From an uncultured bacterium (GTDB lineage: Bacteria; Verrucomicrobiota; Kiritimatiellia; CAIKKV01; CAITUY01), in contig CAIVSY010000041.1 of assembly GCA_903908715.1 (NCBI GenBank), forward strand, positions 11,314 to 75,313: a stretch of 64,000 bases of DNA, read 5' to 3'. Positions 39,352-47,287 of this stretch are shown here, one piece after another (the stretch's first letter is position 1; each line of letters starts with the position of its first letter). Both the position numbers and the translations under genes were made by a program. Below the pieces are notes generated by a model that was not told the origin of the DNA, did not search any database, and saw only the letters and a program-made list of their open reading frames with translations.

Positions 39352-40722
39352 TTACAGGTGGCTCAACGGCTTGCGGCCAATCGGGTACACATTAAACCCG
39401 GTCTGGAACAAACGCTGGTGGTCCAGGCAGTTGCGCCCGTCGAACAAGAAGGCCGGCTTGCTCATCGAGTCGTAGATCTTCTGGAAATCCAGCTTCTTGT
39501 ACTCGGACCAGTCGGTCATCACGGCAATGGCATGGGCGCCTTCGGCCGCCCTGTAAGGATCCTTGTCGAACGTGACCTTGCCGGCGCAGTCCGCGAGGTC
39601 GCGGCGGGCATTGTCCAGGGCCTCCGGGTCGGTGACCACGAGGCTGGCGCGTTCTTCGATGAGCGACCGGCACACCCGGATGGCCGGGCTTTCGCGCGTG
39701 TCGCCTGTATCCGCCTTGAAAGCAAAACCGAAGACAGCGATGCGCTTACCTGCGACCGTGTTGAACATCGAGGCGATCATCTGCCGCACAAAACGGTCTT
39801 CCTGGTACTCGTTCATCCGCACGACCTGCTCCCAGTAGTCGGCCACTTCGGTGAGACCGTAATGGCGGCAGAGGTAGACGAGGTTCAGGATATCCTTCTT
39901 GAAGCAGGAGCCGCCGAATCCGACGCTTGCGTTCAGGAACTTGGGGCCGATCCGGCTATCCATCCCGATGGCGCGAGCCACTTCGGTCACATCGGCCTCG
40001 GTGCGCTCGCAAAGGGCTGAGAGGCTGTTGATCGAACTGATCCGCTGGGCCAGGAAGGCGTTGGCGGCCAGTTTCGAAAGTTCGCTCGACCACACGTTGG
40101 TGGTCAGGATGCGTTCCCGGGAAATCCAGTGGGCGTAAATCGACACCAGTTCTGCGACGGCGCGCCGCCCGCTGTCGGTCGAGTGGCCTCCGATCAGGAC
40201 GCGGTCGGGATTTTCGAGATCCTTGATGGCGGTTCCCTCCGCCAGGAACTCAGGATTGGAAAGGACCTCGAAATGGACAGTGCGTTCGCCGGAGTGCAGG
40301 ATGCGTTCCATGGCTTCGGCGGTTCGAACCGGCAGGGTGCTTTTTTCCACCACGATTTTGTCCGAGCGGGAGTGCTGCTTGATCTGGCGGGCGGTCTTTT
40401 CCCAGTACTGCAGGTCGGCGGCCATGCCGGCTCCCTGCCCGAAGGTTTTTGTGGGCGTATTGACGCTCACGAAGATGATATCCGCTTCCTCGATGCCGCG
40501 GGCAATATCGGTTGAAAAGAACAGGTTGCGGTTCAGGCACGACTTTACGACCTCGTGGAGACCGGGTTCGTAGATGGGCAATTGATCGCTTTGCCAGGCG
40601 CGGATCCGGTCGGCGTCGATATCCACCACATGGACACGGTATCCCGGGCATTTCCTGGCGATCATGGCCATGGTCGGACCGCCGACATATCCTGCACCGA
40701 TGCAAAGGATGGTTTTGCTCAT
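39352..40722 (-). CDS. ugd: UDP-glucose 6-dehydrogenase
   Basis: [41 protein letters not shown]. Confidence 0.93.
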   Translation of the reverse strand: MSKTILCIGAGYVGGPTMAMIARKCPGYRVHVVDIDADRIRAWQSDQLPIYEPGLHEVVKSCLNRNLFFSTDIARGIEEADIIFVSVNTPTKTFGQGAGMAADLQYWEKTARQIKQHSRSDKIVVEKSTLPVRTAEAMERILHSGERTVHFEVLSNPEFLAEGTAIKDLENPDRVLIGGHSTDSGRRAVAELVSIYAHWISRERILTTNVWSSELSKLAANAFLAQRISSINSLSALCERTEADVTEVARAIGMDSRIGPKFLNASVGFGGSCFKKDILNLVYLCRHYGLTEVADYWEQVVRMNEYQEDRFVRQMIASMFNTVAGKRIAVFGFAFKADTGDTRESPAIRVCRSLIEERASLVVTDPEALDNARRDLADCAGKVTFDKDPYRAAEGAHAIAVMTDWSEYKKLDFQKIYDSMSKPAFLFDGRNCLDHQRLFQTGFNVYPIGRKPLSHL

Positions 40723-40760
40723 GGTTGCTGTCTTTCCTTGGGTTCGGCGGAATACTAGAG

Positions 40761-40841
40761 AAAACGGCAGGCTGATACAACTGGCTTCTCCTCCCTCTCT
40801 CCTGCTGTGGTTTTGGCATGCCCCGCCATCAAGAACCACCC
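40761..40841. repeat. Degenerate direct repeat, left copy (pairs with 47126-47208)
   Basis: Collinear shared blocks AAAACGGC, CTGATA, GGCTTCTCC, CCCTC, GTGGT, GGCATGCCCCG, AACCACCC. Confidence 0.75.
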
Positions 40842-40869
40842 CACCTCATCAAACTTAATTCTTTACTAT

Positions 40870-41025
40870 TTACGGCTTGTCCCCGTCAGGGGAGGTGGCG
40901 ATGGACGGAAGTTCCGACGTCAGGAACATCCGGATCCAGTTCAGATAGAAAGGCAGATGTCGTTCTTCGACCAGCTTGCGCTGGCGGACATATTCCACAA
41001 GCGACTGAAGATCAATTGGTTGCAT
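40870..41025 (-). pseudogene. intI: Truncated integron integrase (N-terminal stub, 51 aa)
   Basis: MQPIDLQSLVEYVRQRKLVEERHLPFYLNWIRMF resembles the N-terminus of long IntI proteins; AAGGAG RBS; divergent from the array; no catalytic domain. Confidence 0.6.
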
Positions 41026-41039
41026 TGTGACTCCTTGAC

Positions 41040-41146
41040 GTATAACGAATAGCGTTTTATCCCACACATCCGGCGAAATCAGGTTGATCTGCCAATCATC
41101 TCGCCGTATCCTCGCCGGACATGGGATAAAACGCTATTCGTTGGCA
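41040..41146. other. Palindromic attI region with two outward-facing GTT core sites
   Basis: 21-bp perfect IR 41044-64 / 41122-42; cores GTTATAC (minus) and GTTGGCA (plus). Confidence 0.7.
41084..41112 (+). promoter_or_regulatory. Putative sigma70 cassette promoter (Pc)
   Basis: TTGATC-N17-TATCCT pointing toward the cassettes. Confidence 0.45.
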
Positions 41147-41154
41147 GACAGAAC

Positions 41155-41499
41155 ATGAGGATGACTGTAACCATAGCAGTCACGTTGATTGCGGCCCTCA
41201 CTGCGGGATGCGCGAGTCTGATTGTACACTGCTCAGAACCTCCGGAAGGGGAGCTGCATCCGAAGTACGTTTACTCCGGCACACAGGTCAGCGCGGAAGA
41301 GATCCGGCGCACCACAGACTATATGAACAGCCCGAGGTATGGATACGATGCGTTCGACCCGCTCTGGCCCTTTGCGTGGTTTCTCCTTGTTGTCGACTTC
41401 CCGCTGACCTTGGCGGCAGATACGCTCTTCTTGCCGTATGATGCATACATGGTAACAATTGGGGGAAGGGACCGGTACGGAGTGATTGAGGACAAATGA
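41155..41499 (+). CDS. Cassette 1: YceK/YidQ-family lipoprotein
   Basis: TAGC lipobox, VYSGT, VDFPLTLAADTLFLPYD. Confidence 0.8.
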   Translation: MRMTVTIAVTLIAALTAGCASLIVHCSEPPEGELHPKYVYSGTQVSAEEIRRTTDYMNSPRYGYDAFDPLWPFAWFLLVVDFPLTLAADTLFLPYDAYMVTIGGRDRYGVIEDK

Positions 41500-41501
41500 A
41501 C

Positions 41502-41572
41502 TGCCAACCACGCGTCGCTCCCTATTCGCCACCCGCGGACGGGTGGCTCAAGGGAGAGCGCGGACGTTAGGG
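41502..41572 (+). repeat. attC site 1
   Basis: R'' TGCCAAC (complement of GTTGGCA at 41140), internal hairpin, R' GTTAGGG. Confidence 0.9.
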
Positions 41573-41580
41573 ATCAGATT

Positions 41581-42750
41581 ATGAGAAGACCAGTCATGTG
41601 GAGAGACCCAACACACGGTGCGGCTATTCTCGCATGCACAATCATGATGTTTTGCGTTCCCGCTATTGCCGCTGACAGCAAGGGTCCGAGGGCCGACGAT
41701 CTATCGGCCCTCGGACCGCTGACAGTTGAGACCCTGGAGTTCCCCAACCTTGTGGACGTCAACCGACCTGAAAGCGATTCTGCAACTCCACGACCACGCC
41801 TCTTCCCCCGGCTGCGACGCGGCCGAGCGCAGGCAGAGAACTTGTCTACCGGGAAGGAACGGCGCATCCCGATCAAAATGCATATCCCGGCCACAGGTGG
41901 GCCGTACCCAATCATCGTTGCCTCGCACGGTGCTGGAGGTAATTGGGATACGCACTACGCACAGGCACAGCACTTGGCGTCGCATGGCTATGCTGTATTG
42001 TGCTTGGAACATGTCGGCAGCAACACCGACCGTCTGAAGAGCGGGATACGCTTGATGGACAATCTCAACAAGATGATTCGAGATGCCAATGAGGTTCTGG
42101 GGAGACCGAAAGATGTGAGTTTTGCAATCGACCGCGCCGAGGAGTGGAACACGTCGCATGAGAAATTGCGCGGGCGCCTGAATGTCAGGCATGTTGGGGT
42201 AATGGGGCATTCCTTTGGTGCTTACACCACGATGGTCATCTGCGGCATGCGGCCGGCGCTTGATTGGATGGAACCGCCCGTTGCGCCGGGCAAAGGACTT
42301 GGGCCAGATCAGAGGGACGCTCGTGTCTCCTGCGGCGTAGCGCTTTCGCCCCAAGGCGCCGACGAACCCTTCTTCATCAATGAAAGCTTTGCTACCCTGA
42401 GCGCGCCATTAATGGGCGTTTCGGGTACGGAAGACAGGCAACAGGGCGGGCTCCCACCGGCAAATCGATACAAGGCTTTCAGCCTTTGGCCCGCAAAGCA
42501 AGGGCAGCACAAGTTCGTCTGGCTGGCCAATGCCCATCATCTGGACTTTACCGACTCCACTGGCGCAAAGCAGCAGGGCATCCGTTCCGCTAACCGTGAA
42601 GATGTTCAGCCAATTGTGAGAGCAGCCACCTTGTTGTTCTTCAATACGTATCTCAAAGCTGACACTTCAGTCGCCGGAAACCTGTCCACCAACGGCCTGC
42701 AAAAGTATCTGCGGGGGGCCGTAGATGGCGTAGAGGTGAGAAGCAGATGA
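41581..42750 (+). CDS. Cassette 2: secreted alpha/beta hydrolase
   Basis: SHGAGG, LASHGY, RPKDVSF, GHSFG nucleophile elbow, GTED, HLDF. Confidence 0.85.
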   Translation: MRRPVMWRDPTHGAAILACTIMMFCVPAIAADSKGPRADDLSALGPLTVETLEFPNLVDVNRPESDSATPRPRLFPRLRRGRAQAENLSTGKERRIPIKMHIPATGGPYPIIVASHGAGGNWDTHYAQAQHLASHGYAVLCLEHVGSNTDRLKSGIRLMDNLNKMIRDANEVLGRPKDVSFAIDRAEEWNTSHEKLRGRLNVRHVGVMGHSFGAYTTMVICGMRPALDWMEPPVAPGKGLGPDQRDARVSCGVALSPQGADEPFFINESFATLSAPLMGVSGTEDRQQGGLPPANRYKAFSLWPAKQGQHKFVWLANAHHLDFTDSTGAKQQGIRSANREDVQPIVRAATLLFFNTYLKADTSVAGNLSTNGLQKYLRGAVDGVEVRSR

Positions 42751-42785
42751 CACAACAAACGGGGAAGTTCCAAACGAAATACAAT

Positions 42786-42842
42786 CCCTAACAAGGATCC
42801 GAAGGCGACGGGTAAACCCGCGCCTTAGCTCCAGCGTTCGGC
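42786..42842 (+). repeat. attC site 2
   Basis: R'' CCCTAAC (complement of GTTAGGG), R' GTTCGGC. Confidence 0.9.
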
Positions 42843-42903
42843 ATGAATTCAATCAGAAATTATAGGGCTTGATGCGTATACCGTTATCGTATACATTATA
42901 GCC

Positions 42904-43203
42904 ATGATCGAGCTGATAACCATGCCGGATTTTGAGGGGTTCGATTGGTCCGGAGGCAATGCCGAGAAGAATTGGGACAGGCATAAGGTCTCGCCACTGG
43001 AAGCGGAACAGGTGTTCTTTAATTCGCCACTTCTGGCCGGAGAAGATGCCGCACACTCTCAGCATGAGAGGCGTTTGTTTGCTCTCGGGCAGACGGATGA
43101 GGGTCGCGAATTGTTTATTGCGTTTACGGTTCGCGGTCGAAAATTGCGGATTGTGTCGGCACGGGATATGAGCCGGAAGGAACGAAAGGTTTACCAATCA
43201 TGA
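42904..43203 (+). CDS. Cassette 3: BrnT-family toxin
   Basis: FDWSGGNAEKN..RHKV...EAEQVF, HSQHERR, RIVSAR. Confidence 0.9.
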   Translation: MIELITMPDFEGFDWSGGNAEKNWDRHKVSPLEAEQVFFNSPLLAGEDAAHSQHERRLFALGQTDEGRELFIAFTVRGRKLRIVSARDMSRKERKVYQS

Positions 43204-43484
43204 AGAAGCAGATTCCATCATTCAAGAGTGAGGATTCCGAAAGGGAGTTTTGGGCGGATCATGATTCCACCGATTATGTTGATTGGTCCAAGGCTAAGCG
43301 GGTGGTTTTCCCGAATTTGAAGCCTTCCACCAAAACCATCTCATTGCGTCTTCCGGAATCCATTATTGCCGCACTTAAAGTCTTGGCCAACAAGCGTGAT
43401 GTGCCTTACCAGTCACTGCTTAAAGTGTTCTTGGCCGAAAAGGTCGAGGCCGAACTGCGTCATGGTCATGCCAAGACAGCATGA
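43200..43484 (+). CDS. Cassette 3: BrnA/CopG-family antitoxin
   Basis: IPSFKSEDSEREFWADHD, ISLRLP, VPYQSLLK. Confidence 0.9.
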   Translation: MKKQIPSFKSEDSEREFWADHDSTDYVDWSKAKRVVFPNLKPSTKTISLRLPESIIAALKVLANKRDVPYQSLLKVFLAEKVEAELRHGHAKTA

Positions 43485-43548
43485 GCCGAACCAGCCCTCC
43501 GCGCGCGACGGCGCTCCCGCGCCGCGGTTCAAGGGCAACGTGTTCGGC
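43485..43548 (+). repeat. attC site 3
   Basis: R'' GCCGAAC, R' GTTCGGC preceded by an apparent extra GT. Confidence 0.85.
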
Positions 43549-43610
43549 TTCGCAAATAGTGATTGATTCAACACATAAGAATGTGTGACTGTATGTGTGG
43601 AGGAAATCGT

Positions 43611-43811
43611 ATGGCGACAAATCTACAACTCGACGATAAATTGATTAAGCAGGCTGTTACGCTTGGGGGGCACCACACCAAGAGGGCTGCGGTGACGCAG
43701 GCGCTGTCTGACTATATCCGCAATCTGCAACAGGAGAGAATTCTGGATCTGTTCGGGAAGGTTGATTTCGCCCCTGAATATGACCACAAGAGACAGCGGG
43801 CGAAAGCATGA
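43611..43811 (+). CDS. Cassette 4: VapB-family antitoxin
   Basis: MATNLQLDDKLI...TKRAAVTQAL; GGAGG RBS. Confidence 0.88.
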   Translation: MATNLQLDDKLIKQAVTLGGHHTKRAAVTQALSDYIRNLQQERILDLFGKVDFAPEYDHKRQRAKA

Positions 43812-44269
43812 GAGTGCTCGTCGACACCAGCGTCTGGGCACTCGCGTTGCGGCGGGCTGGTCATGTTCAGAATCCGGACGCGGATGAACTGAAACGCCTG
43901 ATTACCAGTCACTTGACTGAGATCATCGGCCCCATTCGACAAGAGTTACTCTCCGGCGTCCGGGATCAGGCACAGTTTGATCTGCTGGAAGACCGTTTGG
44001 CCTGTTTCCCGGATCGTCCGCTTCATGCCGAGGACTATGTGACGGCGGCCAAAATGTTCAACCTGTGTCGCGCAAAAGGCATCCAAGGTTCAAATACAGA
44101 CTTTCTAATCTGTGCAGTTGCCGTGCGGCATGATTTTGCCATCTTCACGACAGATGATGATTTCCGCCTCTTCGCAAAGTATCTGCCCATCGTTGTATAC
44201 GAATTCAAAACACACGCCGAACCACACCTTGTTCCGTACGGCTCGCAAGCTCGCCGCCGGAAAAAGTGA
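43808..44269 (+). CDS. Cassette 4: VapC PIN-domain toxin
   Basis: VLVDTSVW, QELLSG, TDFLI, TTDDDF. Confidence 0.9.
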   Translation: MRVLVDTSVWALALRRAGHVQNPDADELKRLITSHLTEIIGPIRQELLSGVRDQAQFDLLEDRLACFPDRPLHAEDYVTAAKMFNLCRAKGIQGSNTDFLICAVAVRHDFAIFTTDDDFRLFAKYLPIVVYEFKTHAEPHLVPYGSQARRRKK

Positions 44270-44278
44270 CCGTTGTGG
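44216..44278 (+). repeat. attC site 4 (overlaps vapC 3' end)
   Basis: R'' GCCGAAC, R' GTTGTGG. Confidence 0.85.
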
Positions 44279-44326
44279 ATGAGAAAATGATTGATAATGT
44301 AATAACATAGTGATTACATTGCTCTC

Positions 44327-44581
44327 ATGAAGGCGACACTGATACCGATTGGCAATTCCCGAGGGGTAAGAATACCCAAACCGTTTATCGAACAATGCGG
44401 CTTGTCTGAACAAGTCGAGATTGATGTGCGGGATCACATGATCTTGATCCACTCTCCCCGCCATCCCCGTGCAGGCTGGGATAAGGCGTTCAGCCGTATG
44501 GCTCGCCTGGGTGATGATAAATTGCTGGACTCGCAGAACACCACCACGCAGTGGGATACCGAGGAGTGGCAATGGAAGTAA
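44327..44581 (+). CDS. Cassette 5: AbrB/MazE-family antitoxin
   Basis: IGNSRGVRIPK, PRAGW, C-terminal WDTEEWQW. Confidence 0.9.
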   Translation: MKATLIPIGNSRGVRIPKPFIEQCGLSEQVEIDVRDHMILIHSPRHPRAGWDKAFSRMARLGDDKLLDSQNTTTQWDTEEWQWK

Positions 44582-44895
44582 ACCGGTTTGATGTCTTCCT
44601 GGTCTCCCTTGATCCGACCTTGGGCCATGAGATCAAGAAGACACGGCCTTGCGTCATCATCTCGCCTGACGAGATGAACCATCACATCGGCACTGTGATT
44701 GTTGCCCCTATGACGAGCCGGGGACGCGATTATCCCACCCGGGTGAATTGCGCATTCCAGAAAGTGAGTGGTCAGGTTGTGCTGGATCAAATCCGGACCG
44801 TTGACAAGATCAGACTGGTCAAGCGACTCGGCACTCTATCTCCTGCTGTTGCCGACCAGATGTTGTCCGTTCTAATCGAAATGTTTCAGAAATGA
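44572..44895 (+). CDS. Cassette 5: MazF/PemK-family toxin
   Basis: LDPTLGHEIKKTRPCVIISP, APMTS, LDQIRTVDK.RL. Confidence 0.92.
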   Translation: MEVNRFDVFLVSLDPTLGHEIKKTRPCVIISPDEMNHHIGTVIVAPMTSRGRDYPTRVNCAFQKVSGQVVLDQIRTVDKIRLVKRLGTLSPAVADQMLSVLIEMFQK

Positions 44896-44954
44896 CCCCA
44901 GCCAGGCCTCGCACGCGACGGCGAGTACGTTGCGCTTGAAGGCCGCCGTTCGCG
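44896..44954 (+). repeat. attC site 5 (degenerate R'')
   Basis: R'' CCCCAGC where CCACAAC is expected; R' GTTCGCG. Confidence 0.7.
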
Positions 44955-45025
44955 AAAGAAATGGTATTGACAGCATGATCGGAGTGCTGCAACATGTACC
45001 GAAATACGTACATGAAGGAGAGTCC

Positions 45026-45286
45026 ATGACAACACTGACTGCGACCGACGCGCGCCGAGAGTTTTTCGATGTCGTTAAGGGGGCGACCGACAAGCACCAG
45101 ATTTACCGGATACACCATCGCCGGGGCTCAGTCGTCCTGCTGGCGGAGGATGACTACGACAGCATGATTGAGACCCTGGATCTGCTCTCCACGCCTGGCT
45201 TCCGCCAAAGCATGAAGAAGTCCGTGGAGCAGATGCGCAGAGGCGAGACGGTCTCGTTCGAGGAGGTCTTCGGAGAGAAACCGTGA
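45026..45286 (+). CDS. Cassette 6: Phd/YefM-family antitoxin
   Basis: TATDARREFF, VLLAEDDYDSMIETLDLLSTPG; AAGGAG RBS. Confidence 0.9.
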   Translation: MTTLTATDARREFFDVVKGATDKHQIYRIHHRRGSVVLLAEDDYDSMIETLDLLSTPGFRQSMKKSVEQMRRGETVSFEEVFGEKP

Positions 45287-45540
45287 CGCCATATGCCATC
45301 CGGTTCACCAAAGAGGCCGCAAAGGACGTCGACAAACTCCCCCCTCGTCTGAAGGAGAAGCTCAAGATTGTGCTCCGGGAACAGGTGGCACCGAACCCCC
45401 GTTGCGGAAAACGGTTGGTCGGCGACCTTGCGGGATTCTTCTGCTTGAGGCTCTCCTACAAGGACCGACTGGTCTACTCGGTGGACGACGACCGCAGGAC
45501 TATCTTCGTTCACCGGGCGAGAACCCACTACGGAGACTGA
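45283..45540 (+). CDS. Cassette 6: RelE/YoeB-family toxin
   Basis: IRFTKEAAKD, KRLVGDLAG, RLSYKDRLVY, THYGD. Confidence 0.9.
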   Translation: MTPYAIRFTKEAAKDVDKLPPRLKEKLKIVLREQVAPNPRCGKRLVGDLAGFFCLRLSYKDRLVYSVDDDRRTIFVHRARTHYGD

Positions 45541-45550
45541 TGACAGGGTG

Positions 45551-45613
45551 CGCGAAACACGGCGTCCAGGATACGCTCGCAAGCTCGCGCTCCTGACGCC
45601 CCGGCAATTCTGG
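45551..45613 (+). repeat. attC site 6 (both cores degenerate)
   Basis: R'' CGCGAAA where CGCGAAC is expected; shares GCTCGCAAGCTCGC with attC4; R' eroded. Confidence 0.6.
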
Positions 45614-45625
45614 GACAAGGAGAGG

Positions 45626-45684
45626 GGCCAACAAGGCGGCGGACACGCGCCGTAACCCTGGCGGGTTCACCGCCCGTGTTGGCC
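45626..45684 (+). repeat. attC site 7
   Basis: R'' GGCCAAC, R' GTTGGCC; no ORF between it and attC6. Confidence 0.7.
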
Positions 45685-45748
45685 CTTACAAATGAATTGA
45701 CGATATGTACAGAACTCTGTACATTACTGTACATATCGGAGATTAACT

Positions 45749-45988
45749 ATGACAACCGTGACTCTAACCGAATTCAGAAGTCATGCATCAGGAATGCTGA
45801 GCCGGGTGGAACGTGGAGAAACGCTGCTGGTGCTCAGGCATGGTCGTCCTATTGCAGAGGTGACACCCATTGCGAGTCAGAACAAAGAGCAACCTTCGTG
45901 GAAAAGACCCGGGCTTCGCCTCTCGACAAAAGGAATAAGCCTCTCGGCAACTATTCTGGCGGAGCGTGACCATGAAAGCATTCCTTGA
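45749..45988 (+). CDS. Cassette 7: Phd/prevent-host-death antitoxin
   Basis: LTEFRSHASGMLSRVERGE...RHGRPIA. Confidence 0.88.
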   Translation: MTTVTLTEFRSHASGMLSRVERGETLLVLRHGRPIAEVTPIASQNKEQPSWKRPGLRLSTKGISLSATILAERDHESIP

Positions 45989-46385
45989 TTCCTCCGCTTT
46001 TGCGAAGCGTTTTGTCGAAGAAAACGGGAGCGATGGCGTCGAGGTCATTTGCGCCCAGGCAACGGAACTCGGGCTGAGTGTGATCTGTGTGCCCGAGATT
46101 GTTTCCGCACTGAACCGCCGCCGCCGCGAACACACGCTGACCCGTGAGCAGTATCATGTCGCCAAAAAGCGATTGCTTGATGATGTCCGCGACGCGGACA
46201 TCATTTTCCTCACTCCGACTGTGATCGGGTCAGCCATCCTGATCCTTGAGGCAAGTCCCGTCCGAGCGATGGATGCCCTGCATGTTGCTTGTGCGCTTGA
46301 ATGGGGGGCGGAGCTGTTTGCCTCAGCCGACAAGCAGCAACTCCAGGCGGCAAGACGAGCTGGAATGAAAACCAGGCAGATATAA
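45972..46385 (+). CDS. Cassette 7: VapC PIN-domain toxin
   Basis: FLDSSAFAKRFVEE.GS, RAMDALHVACA, SADKQQ. Confidence 0.9.
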   Translation: MKAFLDSSAFAKRFVEENGSDGVEVICAQATELGLSVICVPEIVSALNRRRREHTLTREQYHVAKKRLLDDVRDADIIFLTPTVIGSAILILEASPVRAMDALHVACALEWGAELFASADKQQLQAARRAGMKTRQI

Positions 46386-46387
46386 AC

Positions 46388-46434
46388 GGCCACCAGCCCT
46401 CCGAGCGCGACGCCGCTCAAGGGCAACGTTGTGC
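46388..46434 (+). repeat. attC site 8 (shortened, R'' mutated)
   Basis: R'' GGCCACC where GGCCAAC is expected; R' GTTGTGC; internally deleted relative of attC3. Confidence 0.7.
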
Positions 46435-46438
46435 AGGG

Positions 46439-46774
46439 ATGGAGAGAATGATGACGACCCCAAAACGATACGGAATTATCGGGGCAGTTTCAGTGACGCT
46501 CATTCTTGGATCAATGGTCGTCATCCGGACAATGCTTCCGTGCGATTCATTCATGTACGCTGCGCTTCAGAAGGTCTTCTGGGTTCCGACCATTCCCCTC
46601 TTCTGGGTCATGGAGAAAGTCATGGAGGGATGTGGCCTTCATGGGGAAGAAGGAATGAAGTACCTCCTGCCCATGTTCGCAACCATGCTGGCATACTGGG
46701 CGGCACTCGGATTCCTGATTGGGTTTGTGATTTGCAAGACGAGGGGAAGATGGAAGGGCACAACCACGGCCTGA
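46439..46774 (+). CDS. Cassette 8: small membrane protein
   Basis: Two or three hydrophobic helices between attC8 and attC9; start could be 46439, 46448 or 46451. Confidence 0.65.
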   Translation: MERMMTTPKRYGIIGAVSVTLILGSMVVIRTMLPCDSFMYAALQKVFWVPTIPLFWVMEKVMEGCGLHGEEGMKYLLPMFATMLAYWAALGFLIGFVICKTRGRWKGTTTA

Positions 46775-46832
46775 ACCCTGCCGTTGCCCCGCGTGGACGC
46801 GGGACAACGTCTTGTTGGGCCGGACGCTGGTG
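46758..46832 (+). repeat. attC site 9 (R' mutated)
   Basis: R'' GCACAAC (complement of GTTGTGC); R' apparently GCTGGTG. Confidence 0.65.
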
Positions 46833-46842
46833 CTCGGATGAA

Positions 46843-46986
46843 ATGAAGGCAATACGCAAACTGCTCTATTGGACGAACGTCGCGCTCCTGCTCACATGCG
46901 CGGTTGTCTTTGCATGGACACGCGTAGCGATCCTTCTGATCAAGTCGTCGGAGGGGCGGTGTATGGATTTAGCAGGCCGGGACTGA
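46843..46986 (+). pseudogene. Truncated terminal cassette ORF (membrane-anchored)
   Basis: MKAIRKLLYWTNVALLL... begins right after attC9; short, with no following attC. Confidence 0.4.
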
Positions 46987-47125
46987 CGGGTGGCGGGGTT
47001 TGAGGGCGGCGTTGGCGGGATGAAGGAAGGCGGCGGGCGTGGGTTTTGGCGGAGGCGGCTCGCATCGGAGCCGGATAGGCGGGATGAGGGCGGTTAGTTA
47101 CTGTTTATTATCTGACCCCGCGTGT

Positions 47126-47208
47126 AAAACGGCTTTCTGATAAAACAGGCTTCTCCGCCCTCCATTCCTTCGGTGGTCTCGGCATGCCCCGTAATCACAA
47201 AACCACCC
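47126..47208. repeat. Degenerate direct repeat, right copy (pairs with 40761-40841)
   Basis: Same collinear blocks as the left copy. Confidence 0.75.
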
Positions 47209-47287
47209 TGCCGGATCATGTGATTCATCCTTGATTCAGTCAGGGCCTTGCGTATGATTCTTCATGGAAACAAAAAGGAGTTTTCCC

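Larger units (their letters stand above)
40870..46986 (+). mobile_element. Chromosomal integron with defective integrase and about 9 gene cassettes
   Basis: Chain of attC sites in which each R'' is complementary to the R' at the start of its own cassette; all cassette genes on the + strand. Confidence 0.9.

Noticed and set aside
41500-46840. Recurring palindromes as a CRISPR array or terminators
   Set aside because: The repeats are non-identical and separated by whole genes, have AAC/GTT attC cores and no poly-T tails, and no cas genes are present.
46987-47095. G-rich tract at the array end as a G-quadruplex or element terminus
   Set aside because: The G-runs have irregular long loops and no terminal inverted repeat; it is more likely decayed sequence.
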